From Alphaproteobacteria bacterium (GTDB taxonomy: Bacteria; Pseudomonadota; Alphaproteobacteria; CALKHQ01), in assembly GCA_965227515.1 (NCBI GenBank), contig CBDDFZ010000001.1, forward strand, positions 2,176,001 through 2,240,000: a DNA stretch of 64,000 nucleotides, given 5' to 3'. The notes beneath the pieces were generated by a model that searched no databases, was not told the origin of the DNA, and worked only from the letters and a program-made list of their open reading frames with translations. Below are positions 8,818 through 17,626 of this stretch, in pieces. Position numbers and translations under genes: made by a program. The stretch's first letter is position 1. Each line of letters begins with the position of its first letter.

Positions 8818-10047
8818 ATGAGTTCCGCTGATTTTTCGTTTGCCGTCGACCGGCGGGCCACCGGTCTGGCCGACTGGCCCGGCCGCGCCCGCACCGGCGT
8901 GCTGACAACGCCGCACGGCAGCATCGAAACGCCGGCGTTCATCTTCTGCGCCACCAAGGCGGCGATGAAGGGTGCCACGGCGGAGCAGGTGGCGGCCTGC
9001 AACAGCCAGATCATCCTGTCCAACACCTATCACCTGATGCTGCAGCCGGGCGCGGACCTTGTCGCCAAGATGGGCGGCCTGCATCGCTTCACCGGCTGGT
9101 CGGGGCCGATGCTGACCGACAGCGGCGGCTACCAGGTGTTCGCCATGGGCCACGGCAGCGTATCGCAGGAGGTGAAGGGCAGCCGCAACGACAACCGCAC
9201 GCCCACATTGCTCGAGATCAGCGAGAAGGGTGCGGTATTCAAGTCTTATATCGACGGCAGCCGCCACCTGCTGACCCCGGAGCTGTCCATCGAGACCCAG
9301 GTCAAGCTGGGCGCCGACCTGATCGTGGTCTTCGACGAGTGCACCGCGTTCCACGACGACCGCGACTACACCGCGCGTTCGATGGCGCTGAGCCACCGCT
9401 GGGCCGACCGCTGCATCGCCGAGTTCGACCGCCTGGGCGGGCTGGAGAAGCAGCGCCTCTATGGCGTGGTGCAGGGCGGCGTCTACCAGGACCTGCGCGA
9501 CGAGAGCGTCGCCTTCAACAACTCACGCGACGTCTTCGGCATCGCGGTCGGCGGCTGCCTGGGCGGCGACAAGGCCGACATGGTGGAGGTGGTGGGCTAT
9601 GCCATGCGCGAGCTAGGCGGCGACCGGCCGGTCCATTTGCTCGGGATTGGCGGCATCGCCGACATCTGGCAGGGCATCTGCCGCGGCGTCGACACTTTCG
9701 ATTGCGTCGGCCCGACCCGGGTCGCCCGCCATGGCGCGGCACTGATCCGGCCGGCGCTTGCGGAGGCGGAGGGCGGCAAGCCCGGCAGCGACCGCATCAA
9801 CCTGCGCAACGCCAAGTTCCGCGAGGACAAGCGGCCGCTGGACCCGGAGAGCGACTGCGGGCTCACCCGCAACCACTCCCGCGCCTATATCCACCACCTG
9901 CTGCGCGCCGACGAGATGGTCGGCCGGACGCTGCTGACGCTGCACAACATCAGCTTCATGAACCGGCTGATGCGCGACGTGCGCGCCGCCATCCGCGCCG
10001 ACCGCATCGCCGAGGCGGCGAAATGGTGGCTGGGTGAACCCATCTAA
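8818..10047 (+). CDS. tgt: tRNA-guanine transglycosylase
   Basis: SNTYHL, TDSGGYQVF, FDECT, GVVQGG, HLLGIG, DTFDCVGPTR, SRAYIHHL, HN. Confidence 0.96.
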   Translation: MSSADFSFAVDRRATGLADWPGRARTGVLTTPHGSIETPAFIFCATKAAMKGATAEQVAACNSQIILSNTYHLMLQPGADLVAKMGGLHRFTGWSGPMLTDSGGYQVFAMGHGSVSQEVKGSRNDNRTPTLLEISEKGAVFKSYIDGSRHLLTPELSIETQVKLGADLIVVFDECTAFHDDRDYTARSMALSHRWADRCIAEFDRLGGLEKQRLYGVVQGGVYQDLRDESVAFNNSRDVFGIAVGGCLGGDKADMVEVVGYAMRELGGDRPVHLLGIGGIADIWQGICRGVDTFDCVGPTRVARHGAALIRPALAEAEGGKPGSDRINLRNAKFREDKRPLDPESDCGLTRNHSRAYIHHLLRADEMVGRTLLTLHNISFMNRLMRDVRAAIRADRIAEAAKWWLGEPI

Positions 10048-10056
10048 CCGGGACTG

Positions 10057-10461
10057 CTATCGCTCGCAGATCTTGAAGACGCCGAGCGGCGTGCCGTCGG
10101 CCTCGTACCAGCGGTGGGCCGACCACTCGGTGTCGCGCCCGCACTCGCTCAGCGTTTCGCGGCGCACGAAATGATCCTCGAACACGACCGAGTGGCGCGG
10201 CGTCATCGCGTAAACGTCGTCCCCGTGCATGGCAAAGAGGCGGCCGCAGATGACATGCAGGTCGATCCGGCCGAGGTCGGCGTGCTCCAAATGGCGGACG
10301 ATGTCGTCGTAGCACTCCTCGCCGTGCGGCAGCTCCAGGTCAGGCGGATCGGTCGGGACGAAGCCGTATTGCGGCGTCAGTTCCAGCGCCGCCGCATCCG
10401 GCACCATGCCGCCAATGCCAATGGCAAGCGCGGTACCGGTGATCGCGAAGATCGCTCTCAT
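10057..10461 (-). CDS. Secreted hypothetical protein, paralog 1 of 3
   Basis: Signal peptide ending AAA; LELTPQYGFV; 4 Cys; WYEADGT shared with paralog 3. Confidence 0.75.
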   Translation of the reverse strand: MRAIFAITGTALAIGIGGMVPDAAALELTPQYGFVPTDPPDLELPHGEECYDDIVRHLEHADLGRIDLHVICGRLFAMHGDDVYAMTPRHSVVFEDHFVRRETLSECGRDTEWSAHRWYEADGTPLGVFKICER

Positions 10462-10505
10462 TTCTCGCTCCTACGCTCGCCTTGTCTGCCCGGTCCGAAT
10501 ACGGC

Positions 10506-10904
10506 CTACAGCGGGTAGATGCAGCTCAGATGGAACAGGTAGAGCGCGCCTTGGGCATCCTGCTTCAGGAACGCATCCCACAGGCCGCCGTGGTCGCAGG
10601 TGCCGGTTTGCTCCACCAACGTGAACTGGTCCTGGTACAGCTCATAGCCCTGGTAATCGACGAAATAGACCTCGTCGCCGCGCACCGCGTTGTAGCCGTT
10701 GCAGGCGCTGTGAAACACAAGGTCGCTGCCGTCGGGGTAGTCGACCCAGAAGGTGATCTCACCGAAGCAGGAGAGGTCGGGCTCGTCCTCGGAAAGGTAG
10801 AAGCCGTTCGCCTCGCTGAAGTCGAAGGCGGCAGCCGGCGACGCCAGCGCCACAGCCGTCAAGGTTACGGTGGCGCATATCCCGAGGATTTGGTGCAGCC
10901 TCAT
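10506..10904 (-). CDS. Secreted hypothetical protein, paralog 2 of 3
   Basis: AAGGAGG RBS; signal peptide ending SPAAA; FDFSEANGFY; CNGYNAVRGDEVY; 4 Cys in the mature part. Confidence 0.75.
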   Translation of the reverse strand: MRLHQILGICATVTLTAVALASPAAAFDFSEANGFYLSEDEPDLSCFGEITFWVDYPDGSDLVFHSACNGYNAVRGDEVYFVDYQGYELYQDQFTLVEQTGTCDHGGLWDAFLKQDAQGALYLFHLSCIYPL

Positions 10905-10962
10905 CTGCCATTCCTCCTTGCCGCGTCCGAGGATGGAGCCTAGCAAAGGATCGTGACGGCCG

Positions 10963-11391
10963 TCAGGAAACGCCCGCTGCGGGCGGCGGCGGGCTCGACG
11001 GGCCGGGTTCGTTGAAGCAGTTCAGGTAGACGTCGATGGCGGTGCCATCGGCCTCGAACCAGCGCTCGTGCTCCCAGTCGACGTCCACGCCGCAGGTCGT
11101 CACCGTTTCGCGTTCGGCAAAGTGCTCCTCGAACACGGTCGAGTCGTGCCAGTTCATCATGTAGACGGTCTCGCCGTGCACGACGTTGTAGCCGTAGCAG
11201 GTCATGTAGAACGACAGCCGGCCGATCTCTGCACTATCGACGACCCGGTGCAGTTCGTTGCCCTCGCAGGCCTCCTCGACCGTCATGTCGGTCAGCACGA
11301 AGCCATAGGCCGGCGTCAGCTCAAGCGCCCATGCCGGCGATGCGGCCAGCAGGACCGCGCCGGCCAGGGCCAGCCTGATCGTCGTTGTCAT
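10963..11391 (-). CDS. Secreted hypothetical protein, paralog 3 of 3
   Basis: GGGAG RBS; signal peptide ending AWA; LELTPAYGFV; CYGYNVVHGETVY; WFEADGT. Confidence 0.75.
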   Translation of the reverse strand: MTTTIRLALAGAVLLAASPAWALELTPAYGFVLTDMTVEEACEGNELHRVVDSAEIGRLSFYMTCYGYNVVHGETVYMMNWHDSTVFEEHFAERETVTTCGVDVDWEHERWFEADGTAIDVYLNCFNEPGPSSPPPPAAGVS

Positions 11392-11524
11392 CGATATCTC
11401 CCACACCCGTCTGCAGCCTGAAAGACAACACGGCAATGGGGAAGCCGTGCGGCGTCAGCTGGGCATTTTAGGGATGAGTTGTTTATGACCAGCTAGCGCC
11501 GGTGCAGACTGCAATTTCCAAGCC

Positions 11525-12256
11525 TCAGGCGGTCTCATGGACGGCCAGCGCCTCGCGGTCGGCGATCAGGGTGGCGTTGGGGTGGCTGCGCAGCATGGTC
11601 GCCGGCACGTCGGGGCCGATGGGGTCGCTGAGCAGGCGGGCGACGATGCCGGCCTTGGCAGCGCCACTGGCGATCGCGCACATGGCGCGCGCCTCGAACA
11701 GGGTGCCAAGGCCCAGGGTCACGGCGTGGCGCGGCACATCGTCCTCCGACCCCCAGTAGGCAGCGTTGGAGGCGATCGACTCCGGCGTCAGGTCGATCCG
11801 GCGCGCCCGCGAATCGAATGCGCTGCCCGGCTCGTTGAAGCCGAGGTGGCCATTGGGGCCGATACCGAGCACGGCGAGGTCGATGCCACCGAGCGCCCTG
11901 ATCGCGTCCTCCAGCCGCTTGGCCTCGCTCGCGGCGTCGCTCATGGAATCGAAGGCGACCACGTGCGCGTCCGGGATGGCGAGCGGCTCCAGCAGTTCCT
12001 TCCTCAGCCAGGCGAACAGGCTGCGGCGGTCGGTCGGCGCGATGCCGGCATACTCATCCAGCGTCACCAGCCGCACCTGGCCCATATCGACGGTACCGGC
12101 CCGCGCCGCCCCGACCAGTTGCCGGAACATGCCCACCGGCGAGTTCCCGGTCGGCAGCACCAGCACGGCATCCGGCTTCGCGCGCACAGTGTCGATCACG
12201 ACGCCCGCGGCGCGCGCGCTCATCTCGTCGTAGTCGCGGGTCTCGACAATCTTCAT
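11525..12256 (-). CDS. nagB: Glucosamine-6-phosphate deaminase
   Basis: LPTGNSP, LDEYAG, LGIGPNGHLGFNEPG, ASGAAKA, PATMLRSHPN. Confidence 0.9.
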   Translation of the reverse strand: MKIVETRDYDEMSARAAGVVIDTVRAKPDAVLVLPTGNSPVGMFRQLVGAARAGTVDMGQVRLVTLDEYAGIAPTDRRSLFAWLRKELLEPLAIPDAHVVAFDSMSDAASEAKRLEDAIRALGGIDLAVLGIGPNGHLGFNEPGSAFDSRARRIDLTPESIASNAAYWGSEDDVPRHAVTLGLGTLFEARAMCAIASGAAKAGIVARLLSDPIGPDVPATMLRSHPNATLIADREALAVHETA

Positions 12257-13146
12257 CGTGGTTGGGTGATCTCCGTTTCGTTGTCGCCCGCATCGCGCCA
12301 CAGGGCCGCCGCGCCGACCGCGCCGGCATGTGCGCCCAGCGCGCCGAGCCGAAATTCCAGGGCGCCATGATAGCCCACGGGGCAGGCGCTGCGGAACGCG
12401 GATTCGACCGCGTTTCGAAACGGCTCGCCAATGGCGGTGACACCGCCGATCAGGGCTATGACTTCCAGGTCCAGCAGCAGATGCGCGTTGCCGAGCGCCA
12501 ACCCCAGCACCTTGAGCGCCTCGGACATCGCCGCACCTTCGGGCGCGCCGGAGACATAGGCCTGGAAGAGCTCGGCGTAGGGCCTGCCGGTGCGGCGCTC
12601 CAGCTCCACTGGCGACGCGACCTCTTCCATCGTCGGCGGCGCGGCGCCATCCGCCGACGGCATCAGCGAGAACACGCCGATTTCGCCGGCCGCGCGCAGG
12701 GTGCCGGCATAGATGCGCCCGTCGAGCAGCAGGCCGGCGCCGATGCCGGTGCCGAATGTCACGGTCATCGCGTTGCGGGCGTTTGCCGCGGCGCCGAGCC
12801 AGGCCTCGCCGCGCATGGCGGAACGTGCGTCGTGGTCGACCCGGCACGGCACCCCGAACCGCTGAGAGAAGGCGCTTTCCAGCGGAACGCCCGCCAGATT
12901 GGGCAGGTTGGTGCTGCCCAGATGCATGGTGCCGTCGGGCCGCACGAGACCGCCGACCGCGAAGCCCAGCCGGTCGACCGGATGGCCGCCGGCCAGTTCC
13001 GACACCGTGTCCGCGATAGCGCCGAGCAGCACATCCCGTGCGACATTGCCGCCGACCGGTGCGGTCGTGCGCGTCACTGTCCCATCGGCTTCGTCGACCC
13101 GGACCGCCTTGATGCTGGTGCCGCCGAGATCGAGCCCGATCAGCAT
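12253..13146 (-). CDS. ROK-family sugar kinase
   Basis: IGLDLGGTSIK, TFGTGIGAG, AGEIG, AGAVGAA; stop overlaps the nagB start. Confidence 0.88.
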   Translation of the reverse strand: MLIGLDLGGTSIKAVRVDEADGTVTRTTAPVGGNVARDVLLGAIADTVSELAGGHPVDRLGFAVGGLVRPDGTMHLGSTNLPNLAGVPLESAFSQRFGVPCRVDHDARSAMRGEAWLGAAANARNAMTVTFGTGIGAGLLLDGRIYAGTLRAAGEIGVFSLMPSADGAAPPTMEEVASPVELERRTGRPYAELFQAYVSGAPEGAAMSEALKVLGLALGNAHLLLDLEVIALIGGVTAIGEPFRNAVESAFRSACPVGYHGALEFRLGALGAHAGAVGAAALWRDAGDNETEITQPR

Positions 13147-13335
13147 GGGCAACGCAGTGCGCGATGATCGTTGGTGAGCGGCATGGCGGCGGCACGTTGC
13201 CTCATCCGCGCGGCGACGCCAAGCCATTGCCGCGCGGTGCGGCCTTCGGGTCGCCGCTGGCGATTGACGCGGGCCGGCACGCCGCTACACTCCGGCGCGC
13301 CCCGTTCCGCCACAGACGTATCCGCGAGACCCGCC

Positions 13336-13983
13336 ATGAACCGCCCGCTCCACGCCAAGCTGCACGTGCTCGGCCACCCGATGATCAGCCACAAGCTGAC
13401 CATCATGCGCGACAAGGACACCAGCACCATCAAGTTCCGCTCCCTCTTGAAGGAGATCGCGCTGTTGATGGGCTATGAGCTGACCCGCCACCTGCCGATG
13501 GAATCGAAGCGGATCGAAACGCCGCTTGAGGAAATGGACGCGCCGGTCATTGCCGGCAAGAAGCTGGTGGTGGTGCCGATCTTGCGCGCGGGCCTGGGCA
13601 TGGCCGAGGGACTGACCGAACTGGTGCCGACCGCCCGCGTCGGCCATATCGGCCTCTACCGCGACCCGGAAACCAAGCGGCCGGTCGAATACCTGGTCAA
13701 GCTGCCGGAAACACAGGGACGCACGTTCATCCTGGTCGACCCGATGCTGGCGACCGGGCATTCGGCGGCCTATGCGGTCGACGTCCTGAACAAGCACGGC
13801 GTGGACGACCGCGACATCCGCTTCATGGCCCTGGTGTCGGCGCCCGAGGGCGTGAAGGTGCTGGCCGACGCCCACCCGGATGTGGAGATCTACACCGCCG
13901 CGCTCGACAGCCACTTGAACGAGAATGCGTACATCGTGCCCGGCCTGGGCGACGCCGGCGACCGGCTGTTCGGGACGAAGTAG
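13336..13983 (+). CDS. upp: Uracil phosphoribosyltransferase
   Basis: [36 protein letters not shown]. Confidence 0.97.
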   Translation: MNRPLHAKLHVLGHPMISHKLTIMRDKDTSTIKFRSLLKEIALLMGYELTRHLPMESKRIETPLEEMDAPVIAGKKLVVVPILRAGLGMAEGLTELVPTARVGHIGLYRDPETKRPVEYLVKLPETQGRTFILVDPMLATGHSAAYAVDVLNKHGVDDRDIRFMALVSAPEGVKVLADAHPDVEIYTAALDSHLNENAYIVPGLGDAGDRLFGTK

Positions 13984-14002
13984 CCCCGAGGGGCGACGTC
14001 TT

Positions 14003-14290
14003 TCAGCGCGGCGACGTCCAACGCGCCAGCTCCGCGAGCTGATCCAATCGCCGTGACGGTTCGCCGGGCAGGTCGGCGGCCGATCGATAATCGCGATACG
14101 CTGACGAGGCCGCGACGTCGTGTCGGACGGCGCGCGGCAGGTCGGCCCCATGATAGCGTCGGCGATTGCTGCGGGGCCTCAGCGTCTGTGCCAGCATGGC
14201 CAGCCAACCGCGCCCTTTCGCGCGCTTGAACCGCCCTTCGGTGGGCGATCCGCCGAACCAGCTCGTTGTCAGCGTCGGGGTCAAAGTCAT
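14003..14290 (-). CDS. Small hypothetical protein divergent from LysR (weakly DUF1127-like)
   Basis: GGAGG RBS at ~14296; Arg-rich stretch followed by DLPRAVRHDV. Confidence 0.45.
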   Translation of the reverse strand: MTLTPTLTTSWFGGSPTEGRFKRAKGRGWLAMLAQTLRPRSNRRRYHGADLPRAVRHDVAASSAYRDYRSAADLPGEPSRRLDQLAELARWTSPR

Positions 14291-14395
14291 CTCGACCTCC
14301 CATGAATTGAAGCGCTGACAGGAACCTAGGCACTGCCGGTCGGTGTGATAATATACCGATTGGGCAAATCACTATCCTGAAAATCGGGATAATAT

Positions 14396-15304
14396 ATGAA
14401 TCAGCTCGAAGCAATGGCGGTGTTCCTGGCGGTTGCCCGTGGCGGCAGCTTCTCTGCGGCGGCCCGCCTGCGCGGAATGTCAGCGACGGCGGTCAGCCGC
14501 CACGTTGCCGAGCTGGAGGCCTTTCTGGGTGTCGCCTTGTTGCGGCGCACGACGCGCAAGCTCAGTCTGACCGATGCCGGCACGCGCTACCTGCCGCGCG
14601 CGGCCGCAATCCTCGAAGAGATATCGGCGTTGGACGACGAGACCCGAACCGTCGACACCACACCGCGGGGACGGCTGCGGATCACGGCCCCGCCGGGTAT
14701 CGGCCACGACTGGATTGCGATGACGGCCGTCGATTTTGTCGAAGCGAACCCGCAGATCAGCCTCGAGTTGGATCTGACGGAGCGGGTGGTCGATCTGGTA
14801 GCGGAGGGGTTCGATGCTGCCATTCGATCCGGCCGACTGCACTCCTCCTCGCTGATCGCCCACAAGATCGTCGATGTCGAATACATTCTTTGCGGCAACC
14901 GCGAACATCTCACCGACACGGGCTGGCCGGCGCATCCGGACGATCTTGCGCGGTTTCGGTTCATTCAGTGGTGCGGGGGATCGGGACAGGAAAACTGGTG
15001 GATGGAGCGGGACGGCAAACGCCATCAGGTGCCGGTCAATCACCTGCTCAAGATCAATGATATCCGGGCCCATCGGGAGGCCGCCATGCGCGGTCTGGGC
15101 CTTGCAATGCTGCCCGCATTGAGCGTGCGCGGCGACCTGGCGGCGGGACGGTTGGTGCGGGTGCTGCCGGACTACGAGTCGGAGCCCGCGCGATTGCATC
15201 TGGTGCGTCCGCCGAGCCCCTTCGAGCCGCCGCGATTACGCGTGTTCATAGATTTCATCACAGCGGCGCTGCGTGCATTTTCCACCCGTGGCGACGCGGC
15301 CTGA
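14396..15304 (+). CDS. LysR-family regulator (CrgA/DmlR-like)
   Basis: GSFSAAAR..VSRHVAELE..LLRRTTRKLSLTDAG; VDLVAEGFDAAIR. Confidence 0.93.
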   Translation: MNQLEAMAVFLAVARGGSFSAAARLRGMSATAVSRHVAELEAFLGVALLRRTTRKLSLTDAGTRYLPRAAAILEEISALDDETRTVDTTPRGRLRITAPPGIGHDWIAMTAVDFVEANPQISLELDLTERVVDLVAEGFDAAIRSGRLHSSSLIAHKIVDVEYILCGNREHLTDTGWPAHPDDLARFRFIQWCGGSGQENWWMERDGKRHQVPVNHLLKINDIRAHREAAMRGLGLAMLPALSVRGDLAAGRLVRVLPDYESEPARLHLVRPPSPFEPPRLRVFIDFITAALRAFSTRGDAA

Positions 15305-15331
15305 GCGGGCCGGCTGTGGTCTGCGAGCACG

Positions 15332-15649
15332 CTACGGTAGCCCCGGGAACGAGGTGACGATCTCGATCTGAATGTCGGGGAAGCTGTCGACGTACTGGAT
15401 GGTGAAGTCCGGGAAGCTGTCGACGATCTGCCACTCGCCGCAGTCATCCGGGAAACTGGTCACGTACTCCACGTTCAGGTCGGGAAAGCTGCTCACCACC
15501 TGCACCGTGATGTCGGGAAAGGAGTCCACCACCTCGACATCGCCCCACAGGTTGATGCCGTTGTAGGTGCAGTCCGACGACACGTCGCCGGCCAGGGCCG
15601 GGGACGACAGCGCTGCGGCGCATGCCAGCGCGCCAACGATCCTGATCAT
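15332..15649 (-). CDS. Small secreted protein with six V(D/S/T)SFP repeats
   Basis: GGAG RBS, signal peptide ending ALA; VVDSFPD/VVSSFPD/YVTSFPD/IVDSFPD/YVDSFPD/IVTSFPG. Confidence 0.82.
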   Translation of the reverse strand: MIRIVGALACAAALSSPALAGDVSSDCTYNGINLWGDVEVVDSFPDITVQVVSSFPDLNVEYVTSFPDDCGEWQIVDSFPDFTIQYVDSFPDIQIEIVTSFPGLP

Positions 15650-15739
15650 GTCACGTCACTCCGTGCGATTGATGCGCCTCACTATAGCGACGTATGTGGC
15701 AGGATTGGCGCGCGGGTGTCACGCTGCGTAACAGCCTGC

Positions 15740-15866
15740 TTGAGCATGATCATTTCAGTCGGCACCGGCCCTCTCCCCCACCCGGCCACCCCGCAGGATA
15801 CTTCCGTGGGCGGCCGGGTGGGGGAGAGGGCTGGCGCAGACTCAGCGTAAGCTAATCCCGATCTAG
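15740..15866. mobile_element. MITE-like palindromic element (copy 1)
   Basis: Arms TGAGCATGATCAT and CGTAAGCTAATCCCGATCTA flank a long GC hairpin; homologous to 62604-62732. Confidence 0.65.
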
Positions 15867-15880
15867 AGGAGCTACTAACG

Positions 15881-16768
15881 GTGCGTGCCGATCGTTCTGT
15901 GTCAGGTAGCGACTTGTCGAACCACGCCGGGCTGCTGCAGTTGGGCGGCCACGTCGCTGTGCTTGCGGCAACGTCGGCGGAGATCGTGGTCGCGCCGCCG
16001 CAATGGTGGCTGGTCTGGTGGCTGGTGCTGCCGCTGCACGGCGCGGTGCTGGTGTTCCTGTTTGCGCCGCTGCACGAGAGCGTGCACCTGACCGCGTTCC
16101 GCAGCCGGCGTCTGAACTGGGTTGTCGCGACCGTATGCGGGTTCCTGCTGCTGTTGCCGCCGCGCTGGTTCCGCCGCTTCCATCTGGCGCACCACCGCTT
16201 CACCCAGGATCCGGCGCGCGATCCCGAATTGTCGACCGCCAAGCCCGATAGCTGGCCGCGATACCTTCTGCACGTCAGTGGGTTGCCCGTGTGGTGGGGC
16301 CTGATCCGCGCGCTGGCGGTGAATGCGGCTGTTGGGCCGCGCGACAGCTTCGTGCCCGACCGCGAGCGCGGTGCGGTCCGGGGGGAGGCGATGCTGTTTG
16401 TCGGCGGCTATGCGGCGGTGGCCGTGGCCTCGGTGCTGGCGGGGTCGATGCTCGCGGTCTGGCTGTGGGTGGTGCCGGCCGTGCTCGGCCAGCCGTGGCT
16501 GCGCCTGTTCCTGCTCGCCGAGCATGCCGGCTGCCCGCAAACGCCCGATATGCGCCAGAACACGCGGACCACGCTGACCAACGCGGCGGTGCGCGCGCTG
16601 ACCTGGAACATGTCGTTCCATACCGAGCACCATGCCCACCCGGGGGTGCCGTTCCACGGCCTGCCGGCGCTCCATCGGCGGATGGCTGGCGAATTGCGGC
16701 ATTGCGCGCCGGGCTACCGGGCGGTACACCGCAGCCTCGTCAAATCCTTCCGGGCCCACACCACCTGA
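15881..16768 (+). CDS. Fatty-acid-desaturase-superfamily (MocD-like) membrane di-iron enzyme
   Basis: His boxes HESVH, HLAHH, EH, HTEHH; TM segments; GAGGAG RBS. Confidence 0.87.
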   Translation: MRADRSVSGSDLSNHAGLLQLGGHVAVLAATSAEIVVAPPQWWLVWWLVLPLHGAVLVFLFAPLHESVHLTAFRSRRLNWVVATVCGFLLLLPPRWFRRFHLAHHRFTQDPARDPELSTAKPDSWPRYLLHVSGLPVWWGLIRALAVNAAVGPRDSFVPDRERGAVRGEAMLFVGGYAAVAVASVLAGSMLAVWLWVVPAVLGQPWLRLFLLAEHAGCPQTPDMRQNTRTTLTNAAVRALTWNMSFHTEHHAHPGVPFHGLPALHRRMAGELRHCAPGYRAVHRSLVKSFRAHTT

Positions 16769-16770
16769 TC

Positions 16771-17511
16771 ATGTCGTCATCTGCCGTATCGTCCACGGAC
16801 CTGCCGCGCGGGTTCGAAGTGCCCGGCTGGCAGCCGGTCGAGCCGCCGCCGCGCGCGCCCATGGTCGGGCGAACCTGCACGCTGGAGCCGCTGGACGCCG
16901 CCCGCCACGGCCGCGCGCTGTTCGACGCGCTGGCGGAGGACCGGGAAGGCCGGTTGTGGACCTACCTGACCCACGGCCCGTACGAGACGTTCGAGGCTTA
17001 TCGGCCATGGCTGGCCCAGGCGGAATCCTCCACCGACCCGCTGTTCTTCGCCATTATCGACAATGCCAGCGGGGCCGCGGTGGGCGTCGCATCCTATCTG
17101 CGCATAACCCCGGCCCAGGGCGTCATTGAGGTCGGCCACATCTGCTACACCCCGCGCCTGGTCCGCACCACGGCCGCGACCGAAGCCATGATGCTGATGA
17201 TGCGCCAGGTGTTCGAGGGGCTGGGCTATCGCCGCTATGAGTGGAAGTGCGACGCGATGAACGCCAAGTCGCGCGCGGCGGCGGAGCGGCTTGGCTTCAC
17301 CTTCGAAGGCGTGTTCCGGCAGGCAATGGTGAACAAGGGCCGCAACCGCGACACGGCCTGGTACTCGATCACCGACCGGGAGTGGCCGGCCATCGATGCC
17401 GCGCACCGCGCCTGGCTGGACCCGGCGAACTTCGATGAGGCGGGCCGGCAGCGCCAATCTTTGCGCGACCTGGTTGCCGAGTCACGGCTGCGCCACGCCG
17501 CAGGCGGCTGA
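16771..17511 (+). CDS. GNAT N-acetyltransferase (RimJ/RimL-like)
   Basis: IEVGHI, LGYRRYEWKCDAMN..S..AAERLGFTFEG, RNRDTAWYSI. Confidence 0.9.
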   Translation: MSSSAVSSTDLPRGFEVPGWQPVEPPPRAPMVGRTCTLEPLDAARHGRALFDALAEDREGRLWTYLTHGPYETFEAYRPWLAQAESSTDPLFFAIIDNASGAAVGVASYLRITPAQGVIEVGHICYTPRLVRTTAATEAMMLMMRQVFEGLGYRRYEWKCDAMNAKSRAAAERLGFTFEGVFRQAMVNKGRNRDTAWYSITDREWPAIDAAHRAWLDPANFDEAGRQRQSLRDLVAESRLRHAAGG

Positions 17512-17626
17512 TCGGGCCCGCCCGCTTGCCTGATTGGGCCAATAACCGTATCAAACGATCCGTCGAAGCGCGCTCAGCGCCAGAACCCTACATCAAGCCA
17601 AACACGATCCTCGGGAGGACAAGCCC

